In this document: piece after piece, positions 30,891 through 40,484 of the stretch | Layout of the letters: the number at the start of each line of letters is the position of its first letter | Position numbering within the stretch: the stretch's first letter is position 1 | The notes under the pieces: generated by a model | Told to the model about the DNA's origin: nothing | Seen by the model: only the letters and a program-made list of their open reading frames with translations | Database searches by the model: none | Assembly (NCBI GenBank): GCA_029855935.1 | Contig: JAGSHN010000003.1 | Location: 1 to 61,690 of the forward strand | Source: Candidatus Thorarchaeota archaeon | GTDB taxonomy: Archaea > Asgardarchaeota > Thorarchaeia > Thorarchaeales > Thorarchaeaceae | Length of the DNA stretch: 61,690 nt | Direction: 5' to 3' | Made by a program: the position numbers and the translations under genes

Positions 30891-32378
30891 ATGACGACCG
30901 ATGTGAGGGGCCTACTCTGCACGCAGTGTGGCAGACATGTCCCTGTGGAGTCTCGTGCCACTGGATGCCCGCGATGTGAGGGTGTTCTTCAGGTCGAGTA
31001 CGACATCGAGCGGCTCAGGGAGCGGGTCACACGTCACTCACTTGGCCGTGAAGAGCGTGGTGTCTGGCGGTTCCGGGACGTGCTACCTCTGGGGGCGCGT
31101 GCGCAACGCATCTCTCTAGGTGAGGGCGGTACGTACCTGCACCGATGTGACCGTCTGGCCACCAAGACAGGCGTGGGCAATCTCTTCCTGAAGGACGAGA
31201 CAATCAACCCCACGGGCTCCTTCATCGACCGTGGGATGGCGGTTGAGATCTCCGCAGTGAGGGACTGGGGCGTCCGTGAGGTACACTGCTGGTCTCTGGG
31301 GAACCTCGCTGTGTCCATGTCGGCGTATGCAGCACGTGCTGGTCTTCCTGCTGTGGTGACGATGTCTGAGAACGTCGCCTCTGACGTGGGGAAGTTCTAT
31401 CAGGTGCTGGCGTACGGTGCTCGTGTCACAAGGTCGGGGGAGTCATCAGATGCAGTGCTGGCGTACGGTGGTGGTGACGATCGTCACCATGTCGTGATGT
31501 CGACGAATCCCTTCTTTCTTGAGGGTGTGAAGACGACCGCCTATGAGGTGATGATGCAGCTGCAGTGGACTCCTCCCGACTGGGTCGTCGTGCCGATGGG
31601 CAGCGGAGGTCATATCACACAGGTCTGGAGGGCCGTGCTAGAGATGGAGCAGCTTGGGCTGCTCGACGACGGGCGCCCCCGTCTGATTGGCGTGCAGAAT
31701 ACCAGATGTGCCCCGATAGTAGAGGCCCTCCGCAATGGTCACGATGAGAGAATTGAGCCCTGCAGGGACCACTCATTCATCACACGCGACATCGGTGTCC
31801 GCAGTCCCCGCTGTGGTGTCTCAGCGCTCAGAGCGATACGCGAGTCCAATGGTACTGCCATAGCCGTGACAGACTCTCAGACGATCGACTCTGTCCGCAG
31901 TCTGGCACGTCTGGAGGGGGTCTTTGCAGAACCGTCGTCTGCAACGGTGATTGCTGCCGTTGGGCTGTTGGTTGATGATGGTGTGGTTGACCGTCAGGAC
32001 ATGGTTGTCTGTATGGTCACCGGGATGGGGCTGAAGGCACCGGAGATAACCCGCGACTTGGTGCGGGACGACACCAGACTGAGGACCCTTCTTCGCCGTG
32101 TTGAGGACTCCATCTCTCCGGCTGCGCTGGGTATGACGAAGCGGAGGATCCTAATACTTCTGGGGCAGGAACCATTGTACGGCTATGCCATCCGCAAGAG
32201 GCTTGAGTCGGAGTTCGGTGTCCGCATCTCTATCCCCAGTGTCTATCAACACCTCTCCGAGCTCGTGAGCCTTGGGCTGGTTGAGCGTGCAGGTATGACA
32301 CAGACCTACCAGGGCCGGGTGCGGAACTACTACATACTGACTGGACGGGGGCATGACCTACTGCTTGGCCTATCGTGA
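30891..32378 (+). CDS. Threonine-synthase-like (PLP fold II) domain lacking the catalytic Lys, fused to a C-terminal PadR-type wHTH
   Basis: N-terminal CxxC..CxxC, SLGEGGT, NPTGSF-I-DRG (K->I), PMGSGG, TGMGLK; C-terminal IL.LL...PLYGY.I...L......S.PSVYQHL.EL...GLV......R.YY.LT..G. Confidence 0.85.
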   Translation: MTTDVRGLLCTQCGRHVPVESRATGCPRCEGVLQVEYDIERLRERVTRHSLGREERGVWRFRDVLPLGARAQRISLGEGGTYLHRCDRLATKTGVGNLFLKDETINPTGSFIDRGMAVEISAVRDWGVREVHCWSLGNLAVSMSAYAARAGLPAVVTMSENVASDVGKFYQVLAYGARVTRSGESSDAVLAYGGGDDRHHVVMSTNPFFLEGVKTTAYEVMMQLQWTPPDWVVVPMGSGGHITQVWRAVLEMEQLGLLDDGRPRLIGVQNTRCAPIVEALRNGHDERIEPCRDHSFITRDIGVRSPRCGVSALRAIRESNGTAIAVTDSQTIDSVRSLARLEGVFAEPSSATVIAAVGLLVDDGVVDRQDMVVCMVTGMGLKAPEITRDLVRDDTRLRTLLRRVEDSISPAALGMTKRRILILLGQEPLYGYAIRKRLESEFGVRISIPSVYQHLSELVSLGLVERAGMTQTYQGRVRNYYILTGRGHDLLLGLS

Positions 32379-32480
32379 GTTCCTCCCAGCCTCCACCCCC
32401 TGCCCATTGAGCTAACCTTTTATTCCCGAGAGCGGGATAGTGACTACTGGCTCCCTAGGAGCCTGACTTGAGCTGAGAGG

Positions 32481-32882
32481 TTGGAGAAATTGGCGGACAA
32501 GAAATGGCTACAGACTGCTGACTGGAAATCCGAGAAGCATGTCCCTGTGATTGATGCGCCCGAGAAGGTCAAGGCTGGCGAGCTCATCAAGGTCGAGGTC
32601 TCCGTCGGCAAGGAGATACCGCATCCCAACAAGACAGAGCATCACATCAAGTGGATTGACCTGTTCTTCTGGCCTGATGGTGCGAAGTTCCCGATGGAGG
32701 TCGGTTACATCAGCTTTGACACGCACGGAGAGTCGACCGAGGGGCCTAACACCGGGCCACTACACTCGGAGCCGATGACGACCTTCGCGTTCCGCACGAC
32801 GGTCTCGGGGACGCTGATGGCCACGTCCTACTGCAACATTCACGGGCTCTGGAAGAGCGAGAAGTATCTCAAGGTAGAGTGA
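32481..32882 (+). CDS. sor: Superoxide reductase (neelaredoxin, class II)
   Basis: EKHVP, IPHPN..EHHIKWI, SYCNIHGLW. Confidence 0.93.
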   Translation: MEKLADKKWLQTADWKSEKHVPVIDAPEKVKAGELIKVEVSVGKEIPHPNKTEHHIKWIDLFFWPDGAKFPMEVGYISFDTHGESTEGPNTGPLHSEPMTTFAFRTTVSGTLMATSYCNIHGLWKSEKYLKVE

Positions 32883-32958
32883 GCAGACAGTCTACCTTCG
32901 ATGCCCCTGTCACACAGATGCAGGGGCACACCTCGCTCTGTCCACTGTTGACCCTGGC

Positions 32959-33573
32959 TCAGGGACGGAGTATCCATCTCACCAACTCGGCCGTACCGGG
33001 ATTCTCCTCAAGGAATCTGTCCCTGAACTCCTGGTTCTCTATGTCCACAATGATATGCGTGAATGTCGGGTCGTGCCCGATGACCCGAAAGGCTGCCTCA
33101 ACGCCACGAGGCCGCAACGCATAGTTCGCCAGAGCGAGTGTCACCAAGAAGAGTCCAACTGACACAAGGGCCCATGTCGGTATGGACATCCCGGATGCGA
33201 TACTGCCACCTATCTTGAGGTAGCCCGTGAGGGCCACCGAGCCCACTATGACCATTCCGACGATGCAGATGAGTCGTAGTCTGCAATAGTCCTCTGACGT
33301 GAACTGATGGTCACTGCAGACGGGAAGATGCACCGACTTTGATGGCCGGCTGATCAGGTCGCGGGGGCGCATGTACAGGCGATCCACCCACCCTGCGTTG
33401 TATCTCCTGTTCTCAACCAGCGTGAGACGCACATAGTCGATGGCAGGTCTGCCGCACACCACACATACCTTTGGAAACCGTGACCTGTCCACCTCGAATC
33501 TCACGACAGGCTCCTTGAAGTACTCCTTATGAGGCATCTGACTTGGCTCTCCACGAATGCTGTGTTTCTCCAC
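32959..33573 (-). CDS. Hypothetical membrane protein with putative Zn-binding residues
   Basis: FP.VCVVCG ... LPVC..H followed by two TM helices; start uncertain. Confidence 0.6.
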   Translation of the reverse strand: MEKHSIRGEPSQMPHKEYFKEPVVRFEVDRSRFPKVCVVCGRPAIDYVRLTLVENRRYNAGWVDRLYMRPRDLISRPSKSVHLPVCSDHQFTSEDYCRLRLICIVGMVIVGSVALTGYLKIGGSIASGMSIPTWALVSVGLFLVTLALANYALRPRGVEAAFRVIGHDPTFTHIIVDIENQEFRDRFLEENPGTAELVRWILRP

Positions 33574-33624
33574 TTGCCGTCGTTGTTCCGCACGTGCTTC
33601 CGTGCCGAACGCTTGTTGCGAGGC

Positions 33625-34923
33625 TCACTCCGCGCTGACGGGTGCTATCTCTGTCATATCAGATGGCAGATATTTGTGCAGCGCTCTCGGTATCCTCACG
33701 CTGCCATCCTCCTGTTGATAGTTCTCCAAGATCGCCACAATGGCCCGCGGATTGGCCATCATTGTGCTGTTGAGAGTGTGGACGTAGGCCTTCTCCGTAC
33801 CGCCCTTCTTGATACGATACTTGATGCCCAGTCTCGTGGCCTGATAGGCAGTGCAGTTGCTGCACGACACTGCCTCCCGATACTTCTGCTGTGCGGGCAT
33901 CCACACCTCGAGGTCGTACTTCTTTGCGGCGACTGTTCCTATGTCTCCAGTGCATACGTTCACGATCCTGTACGGTATCTTTATGGCCTGGAAGAACGCC
34001 TCGGCATTGGCGATCAGCTCCTCGTGAATGTCCCACGACTCGTCCGGATGGCTGAAGACAAACTGCTCGACCTTGTTGAATTGGTGTACTCTGAAGATGC
34101 CCTTTGTGTCCTTGCCATGCGTCCCTGCCTCCTTTCTGAAACACGTACTGAACCCAGCAAGCCGGATCGGCAGGTCCGTCGGCTCGAAGATCTCACCCAT
34201 ATGCATCGCCGCCATTGGATGCTCCGATGTAGCAATCAGATAGAGGTCCTCGCCCTCAATCTTGTACATCACATTCTCAAAGTCCTCAAGGTCGGTGACA
34301 CCCTCGTACGGCTCTCTGCGCATCATGAATGGCGGGAATATGGGGGTGAAGCCTCTCCTGATGAGCATCTCAAGGGCCATCATCTGCATTGCCAGGTCCA
34401 GCATCACGAGTTCGTTCTTCAGGAAGTAGAATCTCGCCCCTGCAATTCGTGCTGCACGGGGGATGTCTGCGAGGTCGAGTCTCTCAAGGAGATCGACGTG
34501 GCTGACGGGCTCGAAGTCAAATGTGGGAGTTCCTCCCCAAGTCCGGACCACCACGTTGTCCTCCTCGCCCTCACCGTAGGGAACGGTGTCGTGCAACAGG
34601 TTCGGGATTCGCATCTGAATCCGCCGCAGCTCCACCTCAAGGCGTCCCGTCTTCTCCTCGACAGCCTTTATCTCCTGTTTGACCCTGCTGACCTGCGAGA
34701 CGAGGTGAGAGACGTCCTCTCCGGCCCTCTTCCGCGACCCTATCTCCCGAGAGAGCCTGTTCCGCTCTGTCCTCAGCTCCTGTATCCGCCTCTTGCGCTC
34801 TCGGATCATCCTGTCTAGCTCAAGGAGGCGTGATAGGTCGTCGAGTATTCTATCGTCTCTCCGTCGCTGGAGATTCTCTCGTACCAGCTCCACATTCTCT
34901 CGGATGAATCTGAGATCTATCAT
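33625..34923 (-). CDS. serS: Seryl-tRNA synthetase
   Basis: N-terminal coiled coil, LIATSE, CFRKEAG...GIFRVHQF.KVEQF, SCSNCT.YQ, HTLNST. Confidence 0.97.
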   Translation of the reverse strand: MIDLRFIRENVELVRENLQRRRDDRILDDLSRLLELDRMIRERKRRIQELRTERNRLSREIGSRKRAGEDVSHLVSQVSRVKQEIKAVEEKTGRLEVELRRIQMRIPNLLHDTVPYGEGEEDNVVVRTWGGTPTFDFEPVSHVDLLERLDLADIPRAARIAGARFYFLKNELVMLDLAMQMMALEMLIRRGFTPIFPPFMMRREPYEGVTDLEDFENVMYKIEGEDLYLIATSEHPMAAMHMGEIFEPTDLPIRLAGFSTCFRKEAGTHGKDTKGIFRVHQFNKVEQFVFSHPDESWDIHEELIANAEAFFQAIKIPYRIVNVCTGDIGTVAAKKYDLEVWMPAQQKYREAVSCSNCTAYQATRLGIKYRIKKGGTEKAYVHTLNSTMMANPRAIVAILENYQQEDGSVRIPRALHKYLPSDMTEIAPVSAE

Positions 34924-34995
34924 GGTACATCATCTTCTCTCGGGAGTCTGTCTATCGGTGGGTATGTCTGTAGAGTCCAGCAGAACAAGCCCTTT

Positions 34996-36129
34996 TCAGT
35001 TTCGCGCCTCGGACACGACGGTGTTGTAGACCCTCTCCAGCTGACCTATCTGGTGTGCCCAGGAGTACTCGCGCTCGATCTTCTGGCGGCACCGCAGTCC
35101 CATCCTCCTGCGCATCTGCTCGTCCTCTGCTAGTACTCTCATTGCATCGACAACAGCGTCAACACTGTGTGGCTCGACGAGCACCCCCTCATCCTCTCCG
35201 AGAAGCCTCTTTGTCTCGCCAATGGCAGTCGTTATCACTGGCAGTCCACATGACATCGCCTCGAGTACACTGAGTCCCAGTCCACCGATGTTCTGCGGGA
35301 TGACGAATACATCGGCTCTCTGCAGCAGCTGTGGGACGCGATAATGGGGGACTGTGCCCACCCATCTGATTGCTCCGTCATCATTGTCATCATCGATTGT
35401 ATGCTTGAGTATTCCATCTCCTATGAGCGTGAGACGGGTGTGTCTGTTCTCGCTGTGATATCTCCGGAACGCGTCCAGCAGGATGTCAACACCCTTGTCA
35501 TAGCTCAGTCGTCCGACAAAGACGAAGTCGACAATGCCATCATCAGGGCGGTTCCGCGGTGGGGTGAAGAGATCAGTGTCCACACCGTTGCGAATCACCG
35601 TGAGCTTCTCCTCGGGGACCCCGAAGTGCATAAAGTATGCCTTCTGGACGGGGTCAACCAGCACCACATGGTCATACTGTCTTGCAGCGTGAAGCGACAG
35701 CCTCCATGCGACACCGAAGACGGTCTTGTACAGCGTCGACCCCTCTGCATAGGCCAGATGAAATGTCACAACGGTGGGGGGCAGCGAGTTCCTGAAGTAT
35801 GGAAGGAGGAACTCGGTGCTACCGGAGTTCATCTGCACGTGGATTATCTCGATGTCGTTCTCTCTGCTCTTCTCTACAATCATCTTCGGTGCGCTGGGTA
35901 CGTCCAATGAGACGTGCGGGTTAAGCTGGATGCCGCCGTATCTGTGGACGTGATCACTGGGGAGGCATCCCACATCATCAGAGTGAGTGAATGCGTGGAC
36001 AGTGTGCCCATTGCGTCTGAGGCCATCGACAACGTAGGTCGCTCTCACACAGAGCCCGTCCGCTGCGTGAAACTTGCTGACCATCCCTATGCGCATAGCG
36101 CAGTCCGCTCCAACAAGATGCCGCTCCAT
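34996..36129 (-). CDS. Glycosyltransferase family 4 (GT-B)
   Basis: NGVD..LF, FVGRL...KG...L, LEAMSCGLPVITT. Confidence 0.9.
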   Translation of the reverse strand: MERHLVGADCAMRIGMVSKFHAADGLCVRATYVVDGLRRNGHTVHAFTHSDDVGCLPSDHVHRYGGIQLNPHVSLDVPSAPKMIVEKSRENDIEIIHVQMNSGSTEFLLPYFRNSLPPTVVTFHLAYAEGSTLYKTVFGVAWRLSLHAARQYDHVVLVDPVQKAYFMHFGVPEEKLTVIRNGVDTDLFTPPRNRPDDGIVDFVFVGRLSYDKGVDILLDAFRRYHSENRHTRLTLIGDGILKHTIDDDNDDGAIRWVGTVPHYRVPQLLQRADVFVIPQNIGGLGLSVLEAMSCGLPVITTAIGETKRLLGEDEGVLVEPHSVDAVVDAMRVLAEDEQMRRRMGLRCRQKIEREYSWAHQIGQLERVYNTVVSEARN

Positions 36130-36151
36130 TGACTCTTTTTATGTCCTTGCA

Positions 36152-36790
36152 CTAGACCTTGCCTGCCGAGGGACAGAGGTGTCTAATCACGCAGTCATCA
36201 CATCTCGGCTTCCTCGCTGTGCATACCTGCCTCCCGTGGGCGCCCAGTAGTCTGGCATACTCCCGCCATCTCTTCCGCGGGAGGATCTCTATCAGGTCTC
36301 TCTCTATATCCGCAGGTTTCTCACTCTCGCTGAGGCCAAGCCTCCTCGTCACTCTCGCCACGTGCGTGTCAACAACAATGCCCTCATCTATGCCCAGTGC
36401 TGATGACAGGACGACGTTGGCGGTCTTGCGCGAGACACCCTTCAGTCGTGCGAGTCTCTCGATACTGTCCGGCACCTCTCCTCCGAACTCCTCGACAATC
36501 TGCCGTGCGGTCTCCTTTATGTACACGGCCTTCCTGTTGAACGTGCCGACCGGTCTGATTATCTCCTTTATCTCGTCAAGAGGGGCGTCTGCCAGAGCCT
36601 TGGGGGTGGAAAATCTCTCAAAGAGTATTGGTGTGACGGAGTTGACGCTCTTGTCAGTCGTGTGAGCCGACAGAATGGTCGCGATCAGCAGCTGAAAGGG
36701 GTTCTCGAACCTGAGATAGGTCTGCGGGGCGTCCGGATACGCCTCTCCCAGTGCATCAAGAATCCTGATGGCTCTCTCTTCCTGCGACAT
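36152..36790 (-). CDS. nth: Endonuclease III
   Basis: PFQLLIATILSA, HhH L.GVSRKTANVV, VDTHV.R, C.ARKP.C..C.....C. Confidence 0.93.
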   Translation of the reverse strand: MSQEERAIRILDALGEAYPDAPQTYLRFENPFQLLIATILSAHTTDKSVNSVTPILFERFSTPKALADAPLDEIKEIIRPVGTFNRKAVYIKETARQIVEEFGGEVPDSIERLARLKGVSRKTANVVLSSALGIDEGIVVDTHVARVTRRLGLSESEKPADIERDLIEILPRKRWREYARLLGAHGRQVCTARKPRCDDCVIRHLCPSAGKV

Positions 36791-36867
36791 CTCTGTTCGC
36801 CTGTATAGATGATGTCGACCGTCCTCTTCAAGTCTAGTAAGATGTTCCCTCTGCCGAGGTCACCTGC

Positions 36868-38196
36868 CTATGCCCCCTCCTCCAACTCTGTCGTCTCAGC
36901 ATCCCCAATGGTATCATCGGCGTAGAAGCCGTTGGTGCCTATGGATACGAGGATGAATATGTTGAGCAGGAATATCAGCGCGAACAGTGCTGGCTGCGAG
37001 ATATAGGTGAATATCAGTCCCGCGACGAAGGGGCCAATGGAGGAGAAGACGTAGACTATGAACCAGAACACTGCGAGAAACTTTGACGTGTCCGTCTGAG
37101 GCAGGCTCCTCCTGATCATTGCCGTTATTATCAGCCACCAGAGCGCGTCGTTGACGCGTTTGAGAACTATCGCAATGAATGCTGTGGTGAAGAGTGCGCC
37201 CAGCCCCTGGGCGAGAGCATCGGCCGCTGCGATCATTGCTGGTGTCCCCCATATCGGCACCACCGGGGCAAAAAACAACAGCCCCGTGCATACTGGCATG
37301 ATGCTGTATATCATCAGTCCTGCGCGCCTCACGCCGAGCCGATCAGCCACCCGACCCGTCTTCAGGAGGAGCGGTACGGACACCAGTAGAGTCACAGCGA
37401 GCATGACGCCGATGCCATTGATTGACACTCCAAGGTACTCGTTGGCATAGAGCAGGGCGCCGAAGTTGAACAGGGCATCACTGAATCCGTCTATGATGAC
37501 AATGAGGAGTGCGCCTGGGATGACTCTCACCAGGAGTCGTGCTGCACGTATGTTCTCTGAGAGAAAGTCCCTGAGCAGTGTCCTCTCCCTCGACCTCTCG
37601 GCCATCCTGCTCGGCTCAAGGAGGATCAGCCGTACCATCGAGCACACAACGAGCGCGACTCCCGCGGCGATTGCCACCACACGGAAGCTCATCGGGAACC
37701 CGTAGACTGGTACCATCAGGTTGAACGCGACCAAGACGGCGACTCCAAAGACCTGTCCGGCTCTGAACAGCGAGAGGGCGAATCCGCTGTGTTCTCGCGG
37801 TATGTTATCAAGAATATAGGCTGACGAGCCTCCCTTTCCGAGGTCTATCAGCGCCCATGTCATCAGTGCAGCGACGACCATCGGAAGGTCCGTGAAGAGG
37901 CCGATGAGAATGAAGTATCCCGAGGCGAACGCCATCGCGATCACGGCGAGGCTCTTGCGATTCACCACATCCCCCACGTATCCCCCGATGAGCCTGCAGG
38001 CCGCAGCCACCGTGGCCGTGATTGCTGCTACTGCGCCAATCAGCGTGTAGCTCCATCCAATCGCCCTCAGATAGAGGTTGAAGAATGAGTTGATGGTCGT
38101 GAACGCGGCAAAGACCCATGCGGTGATCAGATACACCGAGTAGTTCTTCCAAGAGAAGATCTCTGATAGTGCTGTGACAACATTGCTGTGTTCCAA
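36868..38196 (-). CDS. MFS transporter
   Basis: About 12 TM segments; GGYVGD..NRK and GRVADRLGVRR motif A; start uncertain (ORF open to 38271). Confidence 0.85.
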   Translation of the reverse strand: MEHSNVVTALSEIFSWKNYSVYLITAWVFAAFTTINSFFNLYLRAIGWSYTLIGAVAAITATVAAACRLIGGYVGDVVNRKSLAVIAMAFASGYFILIGLFTDLPMVVAALMTWALIDLGKGGSSAYILDNIPREHSGFALSLFRAGQVFGVAVLVAFNLMVPVYGFPMSFRVVAIAAGVALVVCSMVRLILLEPSRMAERSRERTLLRDFLSENIRAARLLVRVIPGALLIVIIDGFSDALFNFGALLYANEYLGVSINGIGVMLAVTLLVSVPLLLKTGRVADRLGVRRAGLMIYSIMPVCTGLLFFAPVVPIWGTPAMIAAADALAQGLGALFTTAFIAIVLKRVNDALWWLIITAMIRRSLPQTDTSKFLAVFWFIVYVFSSIGPFVAGLIFTYISQPALFALIFLLNIFILVSIGTNGFYADDTIGDAETTELEEGA

Positions 38197-38487
38197 GCCG
38201 GAACTCCCCTCAGTCGTTGTGCCCGTGCAGGACCCCAGATGCTTCCCTCTCCTTCCGATGACATCTCTCACTTTTCCATCTTTTGGTCACAGGTCTCTCA
38301 TGATATCTCCTGTCTCTTGACTGCTGACGACGGACGATTCATGTCGCTACAATCATAGTCATCAGGACAGCACGGACCGTCAAGGGGGTTCTCGCAACCT
38401 CCTCATACTGTCCGCCTGGTTGACTGAAGATGGCCGTCCGGAGGGGACGGCCACCTCTTCACCTATCTCCCGATATCAGGAGATGGT

Positions 38488-38760
38488 CTATTCAGCCAAG
38501 ACACGGACTTGGACCCCTCCATCCGTGCTGGGTGTCGCAACGAGCCGGCACATCGCAAGGTCTGCGGTGAGCACCAGGCTGTCGGGTGCACACCCCGCAC
38601 TGAGCAGGTTGCGCATCGCCATCTCAAGATTGAGGGCGGTCAACCTGATGACCTCTGGGTCGGTGTATGGGTCCACCAGTCGTCCCTGTCCTGACAGGGT
38701 CATTTCTTCTGTTGTGTTGATACATTCGCTTCGAATCACATATTGGTCCTCCATTGTCAC
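38488..38760 (-). CDS. Small hypothetical protein
   Basis: 90-aa ORF with natural composition; no motif recognised. Confidence 0.55.
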   Translation of the reverse strand: MTMEDQYVIRSECINTTEEMTLSGQGRLVDPYTDPEVIRLTALNLEMAMRNLLSAGCAPDSLVLTADLAMCRLVATPSTDGGVQVRVLAE

Positions 38761-39318
38761 ACTATCTCTGTCCGTAGGAGTCTGTTTCGTCTAGAACGGT
38801 GCTGGGTCTGGACTGATCGGGTCCATCTCTCTTGTCACCTCCGTACTTACCTTGGCATCAGTTTCATCTACAGCCTCTACTGTACGACCCGCAGGCCGTG
38901 ACAGCTGAGTACTGTTCAGTGTCTATTCCTGTGAGTCGTTGCGACTCAGTGTCTGACGATGGCCATTCTCATGGCCCGAGGCAATTCTCCACTCGCTGCA
39001 GTGCCGGTCAGCAGATCATCGCCGTTGCTATGAGTTTCTCACCAGTGCTGGTGGGTTGTTGGCACTGCCCCGTTGCTGTATTGTCTGGTTGGTCAACCGT
39101 GTGACCCTTCTCTGTCAGGCCAGCCTGTCACCAGGCCGCCCCGGTAGTCTCTGCCAACTAACTATCTGACAACCGCCTTACTTAAAAGGGAGGGACGCAT
39201 CAATCTCGCCCCACAGCCACGGATTTTCGGCTCTACGGGCTGGTCTGAGCAGGGCTGTATATAGTTCCTCGACAGAGGTGCACAAAATTCCGATTTATCC
39301 GCACAATCTTCTTAACAA

Positions 39319-40452
39319 TTGGCCAGACCCTCTCTGACGATGAGATGCCGCGACTACCTGATGACTGAGAGCCAACTCAGGCTCATTCGAAGGATGGCCC
39401 TGAGCCCACACCTGCGTCCCAGTGACCTTGCGCGATTCCTCGGCGTCACCAGGTCTTCTGTCATCCAGATGATACACGGGCTGAGGTCAGCATTCGACCT
39501 CACGATACGCGGAGAGGTCCGGCACAGTGCTGTCGGTCTGACACGGGTGTTGGGTTATGTGACCTCTCCCGAGATGTCGAAACGCGTGCAGCGTCTCCTG
39601 AGGTTCCTGCGGAGAAGACCTGGCGTCTACAGGATTGAGGAGGTCTCGATGACCTCGACGGGTGACACGGCGGTCTACTTTGAGGCGTTCGTGGCGGCAG
39701 GAGACTCAACATCCCGTTTCCTGTCCCAACTAGAGAGATTTCGTCGAGCACCGTACGCGCTGGATCTACGCTATGACTCAACATCGCCACCTGTTCACGG
39801 CCTGAACCTTGCACTGTTTGATGGAACCGAGTGGGCAATGCATGACGATTTCCGGCTGACGGCAGTGTTTGATGTAGCACGACGGTACAGCGATTTCTTC
39901 ACCGGAATGTCAGAGTCTGCGATATCCGCAGGTCGGCCGGCCATCACACTCTCGCCCCGGGAGGCGATATGTCTGGGTGCACTGGCACACAACTACTTCA
40001 TCTCCGCCCCCTTGGTGGCAGAGGCCTTCAGGCGCAGAGGCCTCGATCCCCCCTCAGGGAGGACGCTGCGCAGAGCGCTGTCAGCTCTCCGTAGGACCGC
40101 CGTGAGACCATACCTCCATATTGACAATGTGGGTCTGCCACATCAGGTCCTTGTGCTTCTTGAGGACCAGTCGCCAGAAAAGAGAGTCATCCGGACGATG
40201 ATCGCTCAGGCCCCACTCTTCCCGCGCTCGAGACTGCTGGTCGGTCATGACCTGTTGAGCGTCGACGTGTGGTTGCCACACTCCGTCAATCTGGGTCGTT
40301 TTGCAGCCTCTCTCAGCCCGCTTGGCGTCTCTGGGGCCAGTGTTCGCACTCTTGTCCTCGAAAATGCCGGGAGGGGAAAAGAATTAGAGGAAGTGTTCCT
40401 ACACTTGGCCGAAGAGCTGGGGACTTCTGTTCTTCGCCCCCCGTCCACATAG
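39319..40452 (+). CDS. Tandem (wHTH + Lrp/AsnC-like) x2 protein
   Basis: HTH PSDLARFLGVTRSSV and a second HTH-like SGRTLRRAL; 'GL' linkers as in Lrp/AsnC proteins. Confidence 0.6.
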   Translation: MARPSLTMRCRDYLMTESQLRLIRRMALSPHLRPSDLARFLGVTRSSVIQMIHGLRSAFDLTIRGEVRHSAVGLTRVLGYVTSPEMSKRVQRLLRFLRRRPGVYRIEEVSMTSTGDTAVYFEAFVAAGDSTSRFLSQLERFRRAPYALDLRYDSTSPPVHGLNLALFDGTEWAMHDDFRLTAVFDVARRYSDFFTGMSESAISAGRPAITLSPREAICLGALAHNYFISAPLVAEAFRRRGLDPPSGRTLRRALSALRRTAVRPYLHIDNVGLPHQVLVLLEDQSPEKRVIRTMIAQAPLFPRSRLLVGHDLLSVDVWLPHSVNLGRFAASLSPLGVSGASVRTLVLENAGRGKELEEVFLHLAEELGTSVLRPPST

Positions 40453-40484
40453 GACTGAACTGAATCAACGGCGAGGCCGATCAC

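Noticed and set aside
33529-34818. 429-aa ORF antisense to serS, and many similar long shadow ORFs (e.g. 15814-16767, 6733-7551)
   Set aside because: They are antisense shadows of well-supported genes in GC-rich DNA, with no motifs.
38830-39160. RNase P or SRP RNA
   Set aside because: The conserved GAGGAAAGUCC and SRP helix-8 motifs were not found on either strand.
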